54,210 nt of DNA from Akkermansiaceae bacterium (GCA_051251915.1 JBPOGF010000024.1:1-54210), one strand, 5' to 3'. Numbered from the stretch's first letter, positions 34,625 to 45,329 are shown. A program made the numbers and translations. Notes: a model not told the origin generated them from the sequence alone.

Positions 34625-36220
34625 ATGAGTGAGCAAACTGATAGAGTGGAGATAGTGGATATCAATCTGGCTTTGGAAATTTCTGAGGATGATGCGGCTA
34701 GGAAGAAAGCGGTCTCTAAGAAGCTGCGGGTGAAGCCTGAGCGGATACAGGCGATGAGGCTGGTGAAGCATTCTATTGATGCGCGTAAGGCTGATATTAG
34801 AATTCAGTTGCGTATGGAGGTGGGGATTGACTGTGAGTTGCCTGAGTATGTGGCGCCGGTGCCTAGTTATTCGCCGATTGGTGAGGGTGTGGAGAAGGTG
34901 ATAATTGTGGGGTGTGGGCCTGCGGGGATGTTTGCGGCGTTGCGTTGTATTGAGATGGGGAAGAAGCCGATTATTTTGGAGCGAGGTAAGGATGCGAGTG
35001 CGCGGAGGTTTGATCTGGGGCCGATTATGAAGAAGGGGCAGGTTATTGAGGACTCTAATTATTGTTTTGGTGAGGGTGGTGCGGGTACTTATTCTGATGG
35101 GAAGTTGTATACGCGGGCGACGAAGCGTGGGCCTGTGAGGGATGTGTATGAGACGTTGGTGGCGCATGGTGCACCGCAGCAGATTATGACGGATGCGCAT
35201 CCTCATGTGGGGTCTAATTTGCTGCCAAATGTGGTGAAGGCGATGAGGGAGTCGATTTTGAAGGCTGGTGGTGAGGTGCACTTTGGGGCGAAGGTGGTGG
35301 AGTTTTTGTTAGATGATGCATCTCGGGGTAAGGAGATGCGTGGGGTGGTGACGGCTGATGGGGAGGAATTTATTGGTAGGGCGGTGATTTTGGCGACGGG
35401 GCATTCTGCGCGGGATATTTATAGGTTGTTGGCGGAGAAGGAGATTTTGTTGGAGCAGAAGCCGTTTGCTGTTGGGATGCGAATTGAGCATCCTCAGCCG
35501 TTGATTGATAAGATTCAGTATAGTTATAAGTGGGGTCTTGAGAGGCCGAGGATTTTGCCTGCGGCTAGGTATAGGTTGGCGACTAAGATTGATGGGCGTG
35601 GGGTGCACTCGTTTTGTATGTGTCCTGGTGGGTTTATTGTGCCTGCGGCTACGGAGAATGATGAGGTGGTGGTGAATGGGATGTCGCTGGCGAGGCGGGA
35701 TAGTCCGTTTGCGAATAGTGGGATGGTGGTGACTGTGGAGCCTGAGGATACGCATATGTTCCAGAAGGAGCATGGGGTGCTGGCGGGGATGGCGTATCAG
35801 AAGGATTTGGAGATTAAGGCGAGCATTGCTGGTGGTGGGGTGCAGAAGGCGCCGGGACAGCGGGTGGTGGATTTTATTAGGGGTAAGCTTTCTAGTTCGC
35901 TGCCAGATACGAGTTATTTCCCTGGGTTGACGAGTGCTAGGCTGGATGAGATTTTACCGAATGATGTGAGTTATAGGATGAAGGTGGGGTTGAGGAAATT
36001 TGGGAACCAGATGAATGGTTATGTGGGTGAGGAGGCGAATTTCTTGGGGTTTGAGACGCGGACGAGTAGTCCGGTGAGGATTCCTAGAGATGAGCGGACG
36101 CTGCATCATCCGGAGGTGAGGAATTTGATTCCTTGTGGTGAGGGTGCTGGTTATGCTGGTGGGATTGTTTCTGCTGCGCTGGATGGGATGCGGTGCGCTG
36201 AGGCGGTGTTTGCGGTGTAG
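34625..36220 (+). CDS. FAD-dependent oxidoreductase (uncharacterised dehydrogenase family)
   Basis: GCGPAGMFAA, FGEGGAGTYSDGKL, ATGHSARD, FCMCPGG, ETRTSSPVRI, GEGAGYAGGIVSAA. Start 34619 or 34625; the longer ORF overlaps hflX. Confidence 0.88.
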   Translation: MSEQTDRVEIVDINLALEISEDDAARKKAVSKKLRVKPERIQAMRLVKHSIDARKADIRIQLRMEVGIDCELPEYVAPVPSYSPIGEGVEKVIIVGCGPAGMFAALRCIEMGKKPIILERGKDASARRFDLGPIMKKGQVIEDSNYCFGEGGAGTYSDGKLYTRATKRGPVRDVYETLVAHGAPQQIMTDAHPHVGSNLLPNVVKAMRESILKAGGEVHFGAKVVEFLLDDASRGKEMRGVVTADGEEFIGRAVILATGHSARDIYRLLAEKEILLEQKPFAVGMRIEHPQPLIDKIQYSYKWGLERPRILPAARYRLATKIDGRGVHSFCMCPGGFIVPAATENDEVVVNGMSLARRDSPFANSGMVVTVEPEDTHMFQKEHGVLAGMAYQKDLEIKASIAGGGVQKAPGQRVVDFIRGKLSSSLPDTSYFPGLTSARLDEILPNDVSYRMKVGLRKFGNQMNGYVGEEANFLGFETRTSSPVRIPRDERTLHHPEVRNLIPCGEGAGYAGGIVSAALDGMRCAEAVFAV

Positions 36221-36247
36221 TGTGTGGTGTGAATTTTTTCTCTGAGT

Positions 36248-37621
36248 ATGACGGATAAGAAATCATTGAAGGCTCCGCTGACTGTGGGTCCACTGTCGGG
36301 GCATATTCGCAAGATTGCGCTGCCGATGAGTATTGGGTTCTTGTTCAATACGATGTATAATGTGGTGGATTCGTTTTATGCTGGGCGGATTTCTACTGAG
36401 GCTTTGGCGGCGATGGCGTTGTCGTTTCCGGTGTTCTTTATCATCATTGCGATGAGTGAGGGGATGGCTCGGGGTGCTACGGCGTTGATTGCGAATGCGA
36501 TAGGTTCGAATGATAGGGAGAAGGAGGGGGAGTATACTGGGCAGGTGTTTTCTTTGGGGCTGTATATTGCTGGTGGGTTGATGGTTGTGGGGGTGTATGC
36601 GGTGGAGCCTTTGTTTAGGTTGATGGGGGCGAGTGGGGATTATTTGGGGTTGGCGATGGATTATATTCAGCCGATTTTCTGGGGGGCGATGTTGTTTTTA
36701 TTAGGTAGTATGTGCAATGCGATTTTGTTGGCGCATGGTGATAGTAGGACGTTTCGTAAAGTGTTGATGGTTGGGTTTTTCCTTAATTTGGTTTTGGATC
36801 CTTGGTTTTTGTATGGGGGATTTGGGTTGCCGGCTATGGGGATAAAGGGGATAGCGTTGGCTACGGTTTTGATTCAGGTTTTTAGTAGCGGTTATATGTT
36901 GATGACGGTGGTGAGGAGAGGGTATCTGAAGCGCTGTGGAGCGAAGTTTTTTAACCCGAAGTTGAGGGTTTATGGGGAGCTACTGAAGCAGGGTGTGCCG
37001 ACTAGTTTTAATATGATGTCGATTGCGTTGGGGTTCTTTGTGATGACTTATTATTTGAATTCGTATGGCGAGGCTGCGGTTGCTGCGTTTGGGGTGGGGA
37101 CGCGGATTGAGCAAATTGTGTTATTGCCGGCTATCGGGTTGAGTGCTGCGGTTATTTCTATTGTGGGGCAGAATAATGGGGCTGGCGAGTTGGGCAGGGT
37201 GAATGAGTGTGTGAGGCTTTGTGCGAGGTATGGGGTTATTTTGATTGTGAGTTCGTCGTTGGGGATGTTTGTTTTTGCAACTCCGCTGGTTCGGTTGTTT
37301 ACGGATGATCTGGAGGTGGTGGCTATAGGGACGAATTACGTGCGGATTGTTAGTGCGGTTCAGTGGGCTTATGTGATGGGATTTATTTTCTTGGGGTTCT
37401 TGCAGGCGGTGAAGCGTCCGATGTATGGCTTTGTGGAGTCTGTTGTGAGGAAGATTGTGGTGCCTAGTGTTGTGTTTTATTTTTTGGTTCGGGTATGGAA
37501 TGTGGGGTTGACTACGTTTTGGTGGAGTTCGGTGGTGATCAATATTTGTGTGGCGGTGGTTACTATTTTGTATGGGAGACATGTTTTGCATAAGGTGACG
37601 AATAGGGATGGAGCTGTGTAA
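36248..37621 (+). CDS. MATE family efflux transporter
   Basis: IALPM, YNVVDS, ALAAM, N.VLDPWF, GIKGIALAT, VGQNNGAG; about 12 TM segments. Confidence 0.92.
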   Translation: MTDKKSLKAPLTVGPLSGHIRKIALPMSIGFLFNTMYNVVDSFYAGRISTEALAAMALSFPVFFIIIAMSEGMARGATALIANAIGSNDREKEGEYTGQVFSLGLYIAGGLMVVGVYAVEPLFRLMGASGDYLGLAMDYIQPIFWGAMLFLLGSMCNAILLAHGDSRTFRKVLMVGFFLNLVLDPWFLYGGFGLPAMGIKGIALATVLIQVFSSGYMLMTVVRRGYLKRCGAKFFNPKLRVYGELLKQGVPTSFNMMSIALGFFVMTYYLNSYGEAAVAAFGVGTRIEQIVLLPAIGLSAAVISIVGQNNGAGELGRVNECVRLCARYGVILIVSSSLGMFVFATPLVRLFTDDLEVVAIGTNYVRIVSAVQWAYVMGFIFLGFLQAVKRPMYGFVESVVRKIVVPSVVFYFLVRVWNVGLTTFWWSSVVINICVAVVTILYGRHVLHKVTNRDGAV

Positions 37622-37700
37622 TCTGATGAAGGATGTGACTTTTATTGTGTGGTGAGTGTCTTAATAGGTGAAGAATTTATTAACTTCATCAATTATAACA

Positions 37701-37862
37701 ATGAGCAATATAACAAGCACTAAGGAGAGGGTCGTGGTGGTCGGAGCACTAGCTGGCGGGCTACTATTTTTCGGATTACTGACGAATACTTGTCAGAATC
37801 CAATCGAGCATTTTAGAGATATTAAAGAGGCTGCGCCAGCAATGACTAAAACTGGTGATTAG
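37701..37862 (+). CDS. Small single-TM hypothetical protein
   Basis: 53-aa ORF with one hydrophobic segment (VVVVGALAGGLLFFGLL) behind an AT-rich leader. Confidence 0.5.
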   Translation: MSNITSTKERVVVVGALAGGLLFFGLLTNTCQNPIEHFRDIKEAAPAMTKTGD

Positions 37863-38050
37863 GGGAGACTTCAGCGTCGATTTCAGAGCTGGAAGAGGTC
37901 ATTGAAGTGTTAGTGTATCTTAGTGTATATTTTATAAAATTATAACTATTGAAATTGTATTAAGTAGTTGGATTTGCAGCGAAGCTGATTGATGTAATAG
38001 CGGTGTTTTTGTGATTATATGGGGTGTTTTTACGCGCGAAGCACATAATT

Positions 38051-38103
38051 GAAACGGTTGTTTTATGCAGGTGATTGACAGTTATTAGATTGTGCTTTTA
38101 TAT
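38051..38103 (+). promoter_or_regulatory. Putative TetR(PsrA-like) operator plus sigma70 promoter
   Basis: GAAAC-GGTT-GTTTT (38051-38064) resembles the PsrA-type GAAAC-N4-GTTTC site. TTGACA (38075-38080) is followed 17 bp later by TTATAT. Confidence 0.55.
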
Positions 38104-38112
38104 GGGTTTTCA

Positions 38113-38811
38113 ATGAGTCATGATTTACATAGTAAAGGTGGAGATGAGACTAAGGGTAGGATCCTGTTGGCGGCTCAGAGGTTGTTTGCTGATAGGGGGT
38201 TTGAGTCGGTTTCGCTGAGGAAGATTACTACTGAGGCGTTGGCGAATGTGGCTGCGGTGAATTATCATTTTGGGAGTAAGGAGGCATTGATTGATGAGTT
38301 GATCGTTCAACATACGTTGCCTGTGATGGTGGCTAGGATGCGGTTGTTAGATGAGGCGGAGAAGAAATTTCAGATTGGGGTGGTGCCGGTGGAGGTGATA
38401 CTGGATGCGTTTATGAGGCCATATTTAATTTTGTTAGAGGAGAGTGGTGAGGATAGGGAGATGTTTTGTAAGTTCATGGGGAGGTGTATGACTGAGCGGG
38501 GGAATAAGATTCCGGAGAAGGCGTTACGTAGTGCGCAACGGGTGGTGAATCGTCTAACGATGATGTTGTCGGATGCTTTGCCTGATGTGGAGTTGGAGGT
38601 TTTATCATGGCGGGTACATTTTAGTTGTGGAGTGATGGCGCATACGTTGATGCATGAGGAGATGCTGAAGACGGTGTCTAAGGGGGCTAGTGGTGATCCT
38701 GATTTTGAGACTACGCTTTTAAGGATGATTGATTATTGTAAAGGTGGGTTGAAGGCTGGGAGTTCAGCGGTAGCGCCTAGTTCTGAAGGGCAAAGTGAGT
38801 TTTTCTTTTAA
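38113..38811 (+). CDS. TetR/AcrR family regulator (PsrA-like)
   Basis: TKGRILLAAQRLFADRGF..VSLR.IT..A.ANVAAVNYHFGSKEAL helix-turn-helix. Confidence 0.92.
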   Translation: MSHDLHSKGGDETKGRILLAAQRLFADRGFESVSLRKITTEALANVAAVNYHFGSKEALIDELIVQHTLPVMVARMRLLDEAEKKFQIGVVPVEVILDAFMRPYLILLEESGEDREMFCKFMGRCMTERGNKIPEKALRSAQRVVNRLTMMLSDALPDVELEVLSWRVHFSCGVMAHTLMHEEMLKTVSKGASGDPDFETTLLRMIDYCKGGLKAGSSAVAPSSEGQSEFFF

Positions 38812-38812
38812 T

Positions 38813-40231
38813 ATGAATAAATTAATTGTAGCGGGAGTTGTTTCTCTCATAGGGCTGACAGGGTGTAATGTGACGAGGGTTCCTGATACTAAAATGGGGG
38901 CAGTGAAGGATATGGCGCCGGGAAGGTGGACGGCTACTGAGGAAGGTCGTAGTGGTGTGGATAGGGCTTGGGTGAAGCGATTTAAGGATAGTAAGCTGGA
39001 GAGTTTGGTAAATGAGGCGGTGTCTAGAAATCCGGATATGCGGGTGGCTGCGGAGAATGTGAAGCAGGCTCAGCAGGCTGCTTACATGGCAGGGGCGTCA
39101 TCAAGGGTGACGGTGGATGCAGGGCTGACGGGGAATAGGAATAAGATTAATTTTGTGGGGTTTCCGTTTGGAGGATCTCAGACTAGCAGTAATTATGGGC
39201 TGAATTTGAATGTGAATTGGGAGCCTGATTTGTGGGGGAGAATTAGTGCGGGGGTATCTGCATCGTTGGCTGATCTGCAGGCGGTGGAGATGGAGCGTAG
39301 GGCGGCGGAGACTTCACTGGCGGCGAATGTTTGTAAGGCTTGGTTTGCGCTTTGTGAGGCGAACGAGCAGTTAGGGTTGGCGTCTGAGGCACATGGGCTT
39401 AGGTTGAAGACTTTGGAGGCTGTTAGGGATAGGTTTGAGTTGGCATTGCAGGATGAGGGTGGTGGGGCATCTGAGTTGAGGTTGGCTGAGACTGATGTGG
39501 CTACAAGTTTGGCGCTGAAGGCTCAGCGTAGAGGTGAGGTGGAAGCGGCGCAGCGGAGGGTGGAGTTACTTGCGGGGCGGTATCCGTCGGCGAATTTGAA
39601 AGGTAGGTTGAAGTTACCAGCGATTCCTAGTAGGCCGCCTGCTGGGTTGCCATCTGAGTTGTTGATGAGGAGGCCGGATATTATTGCGGCGGAACGAAGG
39701 TATGCGGGGACTGGTATGCGAATAAAGGAGGCAAAGCGTGCGGTATTTCCTATATTCAAGCTGACTGGGAGTACTGGGACTACGACTGACTCGCTGAGTG
39801 ATATTTTGAGTAGTAGTTTTGGGGTGTGGTCGATAGGTTCTAACATTTCGCAGAATATTCTAACAGGTGGGCTGGTGAAGGGTGAGATTTCTACGCGGTC
39901 ATCACTTGATCGGCAAAATTTGGCGCAGCTTCAGTCGACTGTGTTGAAGGCGTTTGGGGAGGTGGAGTCGGCGTTGGCGGCGGACAAGTGGTTAGCAAGG
40001 AGGATTACGGAGATGGGGAAGGCTCAGAAGCTGGCGGATGATGCGGCTCGTTCATCTGAGGAGGATTATGCGCTGGGTAATGTGACATTGCTTACGGTGT
40101 TGACTGCGCAGAATAGGAAGATAGATATAGCGTCTCAGGTAGCATTGCTGAGGAGATTGCAGCTAGAGAATAGGGTGAATTTGCACTTGGCGCTCGGCGG
40201 AGAATTTAGAACACAGAAACAAGTTAAGTAG
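38813..40231 (+). CDS. RND efflux outer-membrane factor lipoprotein
   Basis: Lipobox LTGC; WEPDLWG, GLPSELLMRRPDI, LHLALGG. Confidence 0.92.
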   Translation: MNKLIVAGVVSLIGLTGCNVTRVPDTKMGAVKDMAPGRWTATEEGRSGVDRAWVKRFKDSKLESLVNEAVSRNPDMRVAAENVKQAQQAAYMAGASSRVTVDAGLTGNRNKINFVGFPFGGSQTSSNYGLNLNVNWEPDLWGRISAGVSASLADLQAVEMERRAAETSLAANVCKAWFALCEANEQLGLASEAHGLRLKTLEAVRDRFELALQDEGGGASELRLAETDVATSLALKAQRRGEVEAAQRRVELLAGRYPSANLKGRLKLPAIPSRPPAGLPSELLMRRPDIIAAERRYAGTGMRIKEAKRAVFPIFKLTGSTGTTTDSLSDILSSSFGVWSIGSNISQNILTGGLVKGEISTRSSLDRQNLAQLQSTVLKAFGEVESALAADKWLARRITEMGKAQKLADDAARSSEEDYALGNVTLLTVLTAQNRKIDIASQVALLRRLQLENRVNLHLALGGEFRTQKQVK

Positions 40232-41467
40232 ATGAAAGAGACGAACGATAGTTATACGGGGGCTGATCAGAAGACTGATAATACTGTGCTGATGGTCTTG
40301 TTGACGATAGGCCTGTTGGTGGGTGGTTTTTTTGCATTTGGGGCGCTGATGGGGAGTAAGCCGGAGGCTAAGAAGGCGGTGGCTGAGGTTTGGACACCGA
40401 GTGTGAAGGTGGAGCCGCTGGTTGAGAAGGATTATACTCCGGTGATAGAGGCAGAGGGTGAGGTGGAAGCTGCTACGACGACGATGTTGATCAGTGAGGT
40501 GGCGGGTGCTGTGGTGTATATTTCTCCGAAGTTAGAGAAAGGGAATACGATTTCTGAGGGGGAGATTATTCTGAGGGTTGATGATGCGGATTATAAGACT
40601 CAGCTGACTAGCGCCAAGTCTACGTTGGCGGATGCGGAATTGATGTTGGCTCAAGAGCGGGCGCGGGCGGTGCAGGCTGAGCGTGATTGGAAAAAGTTGG
40701 GACGTGGCGGGGAGGCGTCTGAGCTGGTGCTGCGGATACCTCAAATCAAGAGTGCGAGGGCTAAGATAGATGCGGCTGAGGCGGCGATAGCAAAAGGGGA
40801 GAGGGATATGGCGAAGACTGTTATTAAGGCTCCTTATAGATGTTTGGTGGATGGAAAATTTATTGATACGGGGGCTTATGTTAGTATGATGAGTCAGATC
40901 GCAGAGGTGTCATCTGTGGCGGAGTATGAGGTGAGGTTACCGTTGGGTTTGAATGAGGTGGGGTTTCTTGATGAGAAGTCAGGAATTGGTTCTGAGGTGC
41001 TGTTAGAGTCTACTATTGGAGGTGAGGTTTATCAATGGAAAGGCACGGCTGTTAGATTTGAAGGGGGGGTGGATAGTTCTACGTTTTCTCGGATTATGGT
41101 GGTGAGCGTGAAGCCTGATTTGGGACAAGAGAATGAGGGTTTTCAGCTGCCTCCTGTGGGGTTGTTTGTGAAAGCGAGGGTGCCAGGTAAGGCTATGGGT
41201 AAGGTTTTCTCTATACCTAGAGAAGCTCTGAGAGAGGGGGATTCAGTTTGGAAGTTAGGTGAAAGTCAGAAACTAGAGATGGTGGCTGTGGAGGTGATCC
41301 GGAGTGAGCGTGATGAGGTGATCATAGAGGCAAGGGATGATGTAAAACTTACCTCTGGTGATCGCATTATTTTGAGTCCCATTGCGATTCCTGTGAATGG
41401 GATGAAGCTGGAGGTCGAAGAGGCAGCTGAGGACGAGTTAGCTAAGCCGAGTGAAACTTTAAAATAG
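40232..41467 (+). CDS. RND efflux periplasmic adaptor
   Basis: N-terminal TM, lipoyl-like SEVAG.V, coiled hairpin, IKAPY, IPREALR. Confidence 0.9.
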   Translation: MKETNDSYTGADQKTDNTVLMVLLTIGLLVGGFFAFGALMGSKPEAKKAVAEVWTPSVKVEPLVEKDYTPVIEAEGEVEAATTTMLISEVAGAVVYISPKLEKGNTISEGEIILRVDDADYKTQLTSAKSTLADAELMLAQERARAVQAERDWKKLGRGGEASELVLRIPQIKSARAKIDAAEAAIAKGERDMAKTVIKAPYRCLVDGKFIDTGAYVSMMSQIAEVSSVAEYEVRLPLGLNEVGFLDEKSGIGSEVLLESTIGGEVYQWKGTAVRFEGGVDSSTFSRIMVVSVKPDLGQENEGFQLPPVGLFVKARVPGKAMGKVFSIPREALREGDSVWKLGESQKLEMVAVEVIRSERDEVIIEARDDVKLTSGDRIILSPIAIPVNGMKLEVEEAAEDELAKPSETLK

Positions 41468-41472
41468 CGAAG

Positions 41473-44400
41473 ATGGAAAAAGTAATTAAATGGTTTAGTG
41501 AGAACCACGTCACGGCGAATTTCGTGATGTTGCTAGTGCTGTTGGCTGGATTTACAACTTGGTTTAAACTTAAGAAGGAGATTTTTCCTGAGATGTCACT
41601 CGACGCGGTGATTGTGCAGGTGCCCTATCCTAATGCTACTGCCGAGGAGGTGGAGACTGGTGTGGTGCTGAAGCTTGAAGATGCTGTATCTGATCTGGAT
41701 GGGATTAAGCGTTATAGTTCAACGTCCACTGAAGGCATGGGAGCGATGACTGTGGAGGTGGAAACTGGCTATGATGTGCGCTCGGTGATGGATGATGTGA
41801 AGAGTGCGATCGATGGGATCTCTGAGTTTCCGGAGAATGCTGAGAAAGCTATTATTAAGGAGGCTATCATTACTGCGCAGGTTCTTTCGATTGCGATATC
41901 TGCACCAGATGGAACTGATGAGAAATCACTGCGAAAAATGGCGGAAACGGTTAGGGATGGGCTGTTGAATTACAGGGCGGAAGCCCCGAAGGGGTTTATG
42001 GAGGGATTAAACAGAACCCTAGGCAGTGAACCTAAGATTACTAAGGCGAATCTGACCAATGTGCGACCGTATGAGATTAGTATTGAGATTTCTCAAGAAA
42101 AACTGGAGCAATATAAACTCTCTCTAACAGATGTTGCGGATGCGTTACAGATGGCTTCGCTTGATCTTCCGAGTGGTTCTATCCGCGAGAAGACTGGTGA
42201 AGTGGTGATCAGAACGGATGGTAAAATTGTTGATGCCGAGGAGTTCAATGATGTGGTGATTGTTACTAGAGAGAATGGTTCATCTGTTAAGTTGAGTGAG
42301 ATAGCGAAGGTTAAGGATGGCTTCCAGGACGTGGATCTGAAGACTAGGTTTGATGGGCGGCAGGCAGTGATAGTGAATGTTTATAGGACTGGTGAACAGG
42401 ATACGACGATAGTTGCGGGGGCTGTGAAGGATTACATTGAAAGAATCGCCCCAGGTCAGTTGCCTGCAGGTGTGAAGTTGGAGTTGTGGAATGACATGAG
42501 TAAGATGTTAGAGGGGCGGATGGATCTGTTAGGGAGGAATGGGGCGATGGGTTTACTGTTTGTGTTTATTGTGTTGGCTTTGTTTTTAAGGCCTTCGTTG
42601 GCTTTTCTGGTGGCTATTGGTATTCCAGTTTCTTTCGCTGGGGGGCTGTGGATGATGCCGCAAGTTGGTATCTCGATTAACATGATTTCGCTGTTCGCAT
42701 TCATCTTGGTGTTAGGCATAGTGGTGGATGATGCGATAGTGGTGGGGGAGAATATTTACAGTCGAATTCGGGGTGGTGAACATCCTAAGATAGCTGCTTG
42801 GAAAGGGACTCACGAAGTTGGGGTGGTGGTTATATTTGGTGTTTTGACTACGATGGCGGCGTTTACTCCGATGCTCGGGCTTAGTGGTGTGAGCGGGAAA
42901 ATATGGCCAAACATTCCACTGGTAGTGATCCCCGTGTTGTTGTTTTCGCTATTTCAATCTAAGTTAGTTTTGCCGGCACATGCGGCTTTTTTGAAGCCGC
43001 ATGATGAGAATAGGAAAGTGGATTTTATATCGTCACTACAGCGTAAGATTGCTGATCGTTTGGAGTGGTTTATCGAGCATATTTACAAGCCTGTACTTGG
43101 ATTTAGTTTGCGTTGGCGTTATGCTGTTTGTGCATTATTTATTGCTGTATTTCTCATTATCATGGGGCTTGTGGGAAGTGAGCGGGTGCCATTTGTCTTT
43201 ATGCCGAAAGTGGAAGGTGATGTGATTTCTGCTAAGTTGGTGATGCCGGTTGGTGTTGAATTCGGAGTGACTGACAGAGCTGTGTCACGGATGGAGGGTG
43301 CGGCTCAGCGGGTGAATGATCAATTTAGAGATAAGGAGGGTAATCCGGTGATTAGGCATTTATTAGCTAGTTCAGGAACACAGCCATTCCAGACTGGGTT
43401 CACCCCAGCGGGAAGCACGGTGAGTAGTCATCTGGGTGAGGTGACGCTTGAGTTATGTCCTGCTGCTGAGCGAGATTATTCTTCCTCGGAGGTGATTAAT
43501 CAGTGGCGGAAGGAGATAGGAGTTATTCCTGGTGTTGTGGAGTTGTCGTTTAGAGAAGAGACTAGCTCGGGGGGGAATGCGATAGATATTGAGATTTCTG
43601 GGGATAGCTTGGAGGAGCTTGAGAAGGCTGCAGAGTATCTAACTGATGAGTTGGCTCAGATGGAGGGGGTGATTGATATTTCTACTGATAGGCGGCCTGG
43701 TAAATATGAGATAGTCTATGATCAAGATAGTCTGACTGAGCTTGGACGGTCTAGGAATTATACCCTTAGGGGGATTTCTAGCCAGTTGCGTGCGGTTTTT
43801 GCAGGGATTGAAGTTCAGCGTATTCAGCGCGGTAGGGATGAGGTGAAGGTGCTGGTTAGATATCCGAGTGAGGATAGGAAATCACTTGAAACTTTGGAGA
43901 ATATTAAATTGAAGTCACCACCTTCTGTGAACGGACAGAGGGATGAAATTGGTATTGCTCAGATTGTGACTGGCACACCGAGTAGGGGTGTCTCATCTAT
44001 CAAGCGGGTGAATGGGAGGCGGGCGATTAAGATAGCCGCGGATGTAAACCGTGAAGTAGCTAATGCGAAAAAAGTGGCGGATACGTTTACGGTGGAGCAC
44101 TTAGAGAAGTTGAGCAGTAAGTTTGAGGCTATTTCTTGGGACTACCAAGGCGAGCAGAAAGATCAGGCTGATTCGGTAACTGAAATGCAGACGAAGTTCT
44201 TGTATGCGTTGCTCATTATTTATATATTGATGGCTATTCCTTTGAGGTCTTATTCTCAACCATTGATTGTGATGAGCGTGATTCCGTTTGGGATGGTTGG
44301 TGCGGTGTTGGGGCATATGCTGATGGGGATGGATATTAGTATTATGTCGCTCTGTGGACTGGTGGCTCTTGCTGGTGTGGTGGTGAATGATTCGCTGGTT

Positions 44401-44691
44401 CTGGTGGACTATGTGAATCGTCAACGTGCAAGTGGGATGTCTGCTAGAGAGGCTGCGAGGAGTGCGGGGGCGAGGAGATTTAGGCCGATTATTCTGACAT
44501 CTTTGACAACGTTTGCTGGTCTTATGCCTATGTTGTGGGAGACAGATATGCAGGCTAGATTCCTTATTCCTATGGCTGTTTCACTTGGTTACGGGATACT
44601 CTTTGCTACTGGGATTACGTTGATCTTGGTGCCAAGTGTTTACCTCATACTGGAGGATGTGAAAAATATCTTTTCAAGTCGGAGATCTTAA
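41473..44691 (+). CDS. RND efflux permease (AcrB/AcrD/AcrF family)
   Basis: LGIVVDDAIVVGENI, GVVVNDSLVL, RFRPIILTSLTT; 1072 aa. Confidence 0.95.
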   Translation: MEKVIKWFSENHVTANFVMLLVLLAGFTTWFKLKKEIFPEMSLDAVIVQVPYPNATAEEVETGVVLKLEDAVSDLDGIKRYSSTSTEGMGAMTVEVETGYDVRSVMDDVKSAIDGISEFPENAEKAIIKEAIITAQVLSIAISAPDGTDEKSLRKMAETVRDGLLNYRAEAPKGFMEGLNRTLGSEPKITKANLTNVRPYEISIEISQEKLEQYKLSLTDVADALQMASLDLPSGSIREKTGEVVIRTDGKIVDAEEFNDVVIVTRENGSSVKLSEIAKVKDGFQDVDLKTRFDGRQAVIVNVYRTGEQDTTIVAGAVKDYIERIAPGQLPAGVKLELWNDMSKMLEGRMDLLGRNGAMGLLFVFIVLALFLRPSLAFLVAIGIPVSFAGGLWMMPQVGISINMISLFAFILVLGIVVDDAIVVGENIYSRIRGGEHPKIAAWKGTHEVGVVVIFGVLTTMAAFTPMLGLSGVSGKIWPNIPLVVIPVLLFSLFQSKLVLPAHAAFLKPHDENRKVDFISSLQRKIADRLEWFIEHIYKPVLGFSLRWRYAVCALFIAVFLIIMGLVGSERVPFVFMPKVEGDVISAKLVMPVGVEFGVTDRAVSRMEGAAQRVNDQFRDKEGNPVIRHLLASSGTQPFQTGFTPAGSTVSSHLGEVTLELCPAAERDYSSSEVINQWRKEIGVIPGVVELSFREETSSGGNAIDIEISGDSLEELEKAAEYLTDELAQMEGVIDISTDRRPGKYEIVYDQDSLTELGRSRNYTLRGISSQLRAVFAGIEVQRIQRGRDEVKVLVRYPSEDRKSLETLENIKLKSPPSVNGQRDEIGIAQIVTGTPSRGVSSIKRVNGRRAIKIAADVNREVANAKKVADTFTVEHLEKLSSKFEAISWDYQGEQKDQADSVTEMQTKFLYALLIIYILMAIPLRSYSQPLIVMSVIPFGMVGAVLGHMLMGMDISIMSLCGLVALAGVVVNDSLVLVDYVNRQRASGMSAREAARSAGARRFRPIILTSLTTFAGLMPMLWETDMQARFLIPMAVSLGYGILFATGITLILVPSVYLILEDVKNIFSSRRS

Positions 44692-44726
44692 GTCAATGTT
44701 TGCATGAAATACAATATACATACATT

Positions 44727-45329
44727 ATGAGGTTTCTGATTCCCGTTATCGTCTCAGCTAGTTTGGCTAGCTGTGGACATATATTCACTAAAAGTGACAC
44801 TTACGACACGAGCTCTGCCGTGACGATCAATGGAGCAAAGGTGTCTAGTGGGGTGAAGCCTATGGGTGGAGATGGAGGTATGGCTTTGTCTGCGATGATA
44901 TACATGGCAGGGTCAGCTAAGTTAGAAGGGCCGTTCATCTGGAGGATAGAGGCGGAGGGGGAGGCTGATGAGCACACACGTTTGGTGGTGCATCGTCTGA
45001 AGGTTGAGACGTCTAAGACGAATCGCAAAGAATGGTATCCAGAGGGTAAGCTGGGTGAGTATGTAAAATTTATAAACTACAAGAGGGAGCCTGGTAAGTC
45101 TTATGCGGTCTATCATATACCGGGTAAGCTTAGTGTGTTTCCAGATAAGGATGGGGACATTATAATTTTTGCTGATGTAACAATTTCAAGTAAAACAGAT
45201 AGCGAGCGAAAGGTCGTGAAGTTCTCCCTCCCAGCGGAACAGAATAAGAAAGAGAAGGAATTCATATTTTTTCCCGCTGAAATAGTCAAAGGTTTTGGTC
45301 AGCGAGACCCGCGGGAGTGGGGGTTCTGA
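44727..45329 (+). CDS. Hypothetical lipoprotein
   Basis: MRFLIPVIVSASLASC lipobox. Confidence 0.7.
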   Translation: MRFLIPVIVSASLASCGHIFTKSDTYDTSSAVTINGAKVSSGVKPMGGDGGMALSAMIYMAGSAKLEGPFIWRIEAEGEADEHTRLVVHRLKVETSKTNRKEWYPEGKLGEYVKFINYKREPGKSYAVYHIPGKLSVFPDKDGDIIIFADVTISSKTDSERKVVKFSLPAEQNKKEKEFIFFPAEIVKGFGQRDPREWGF

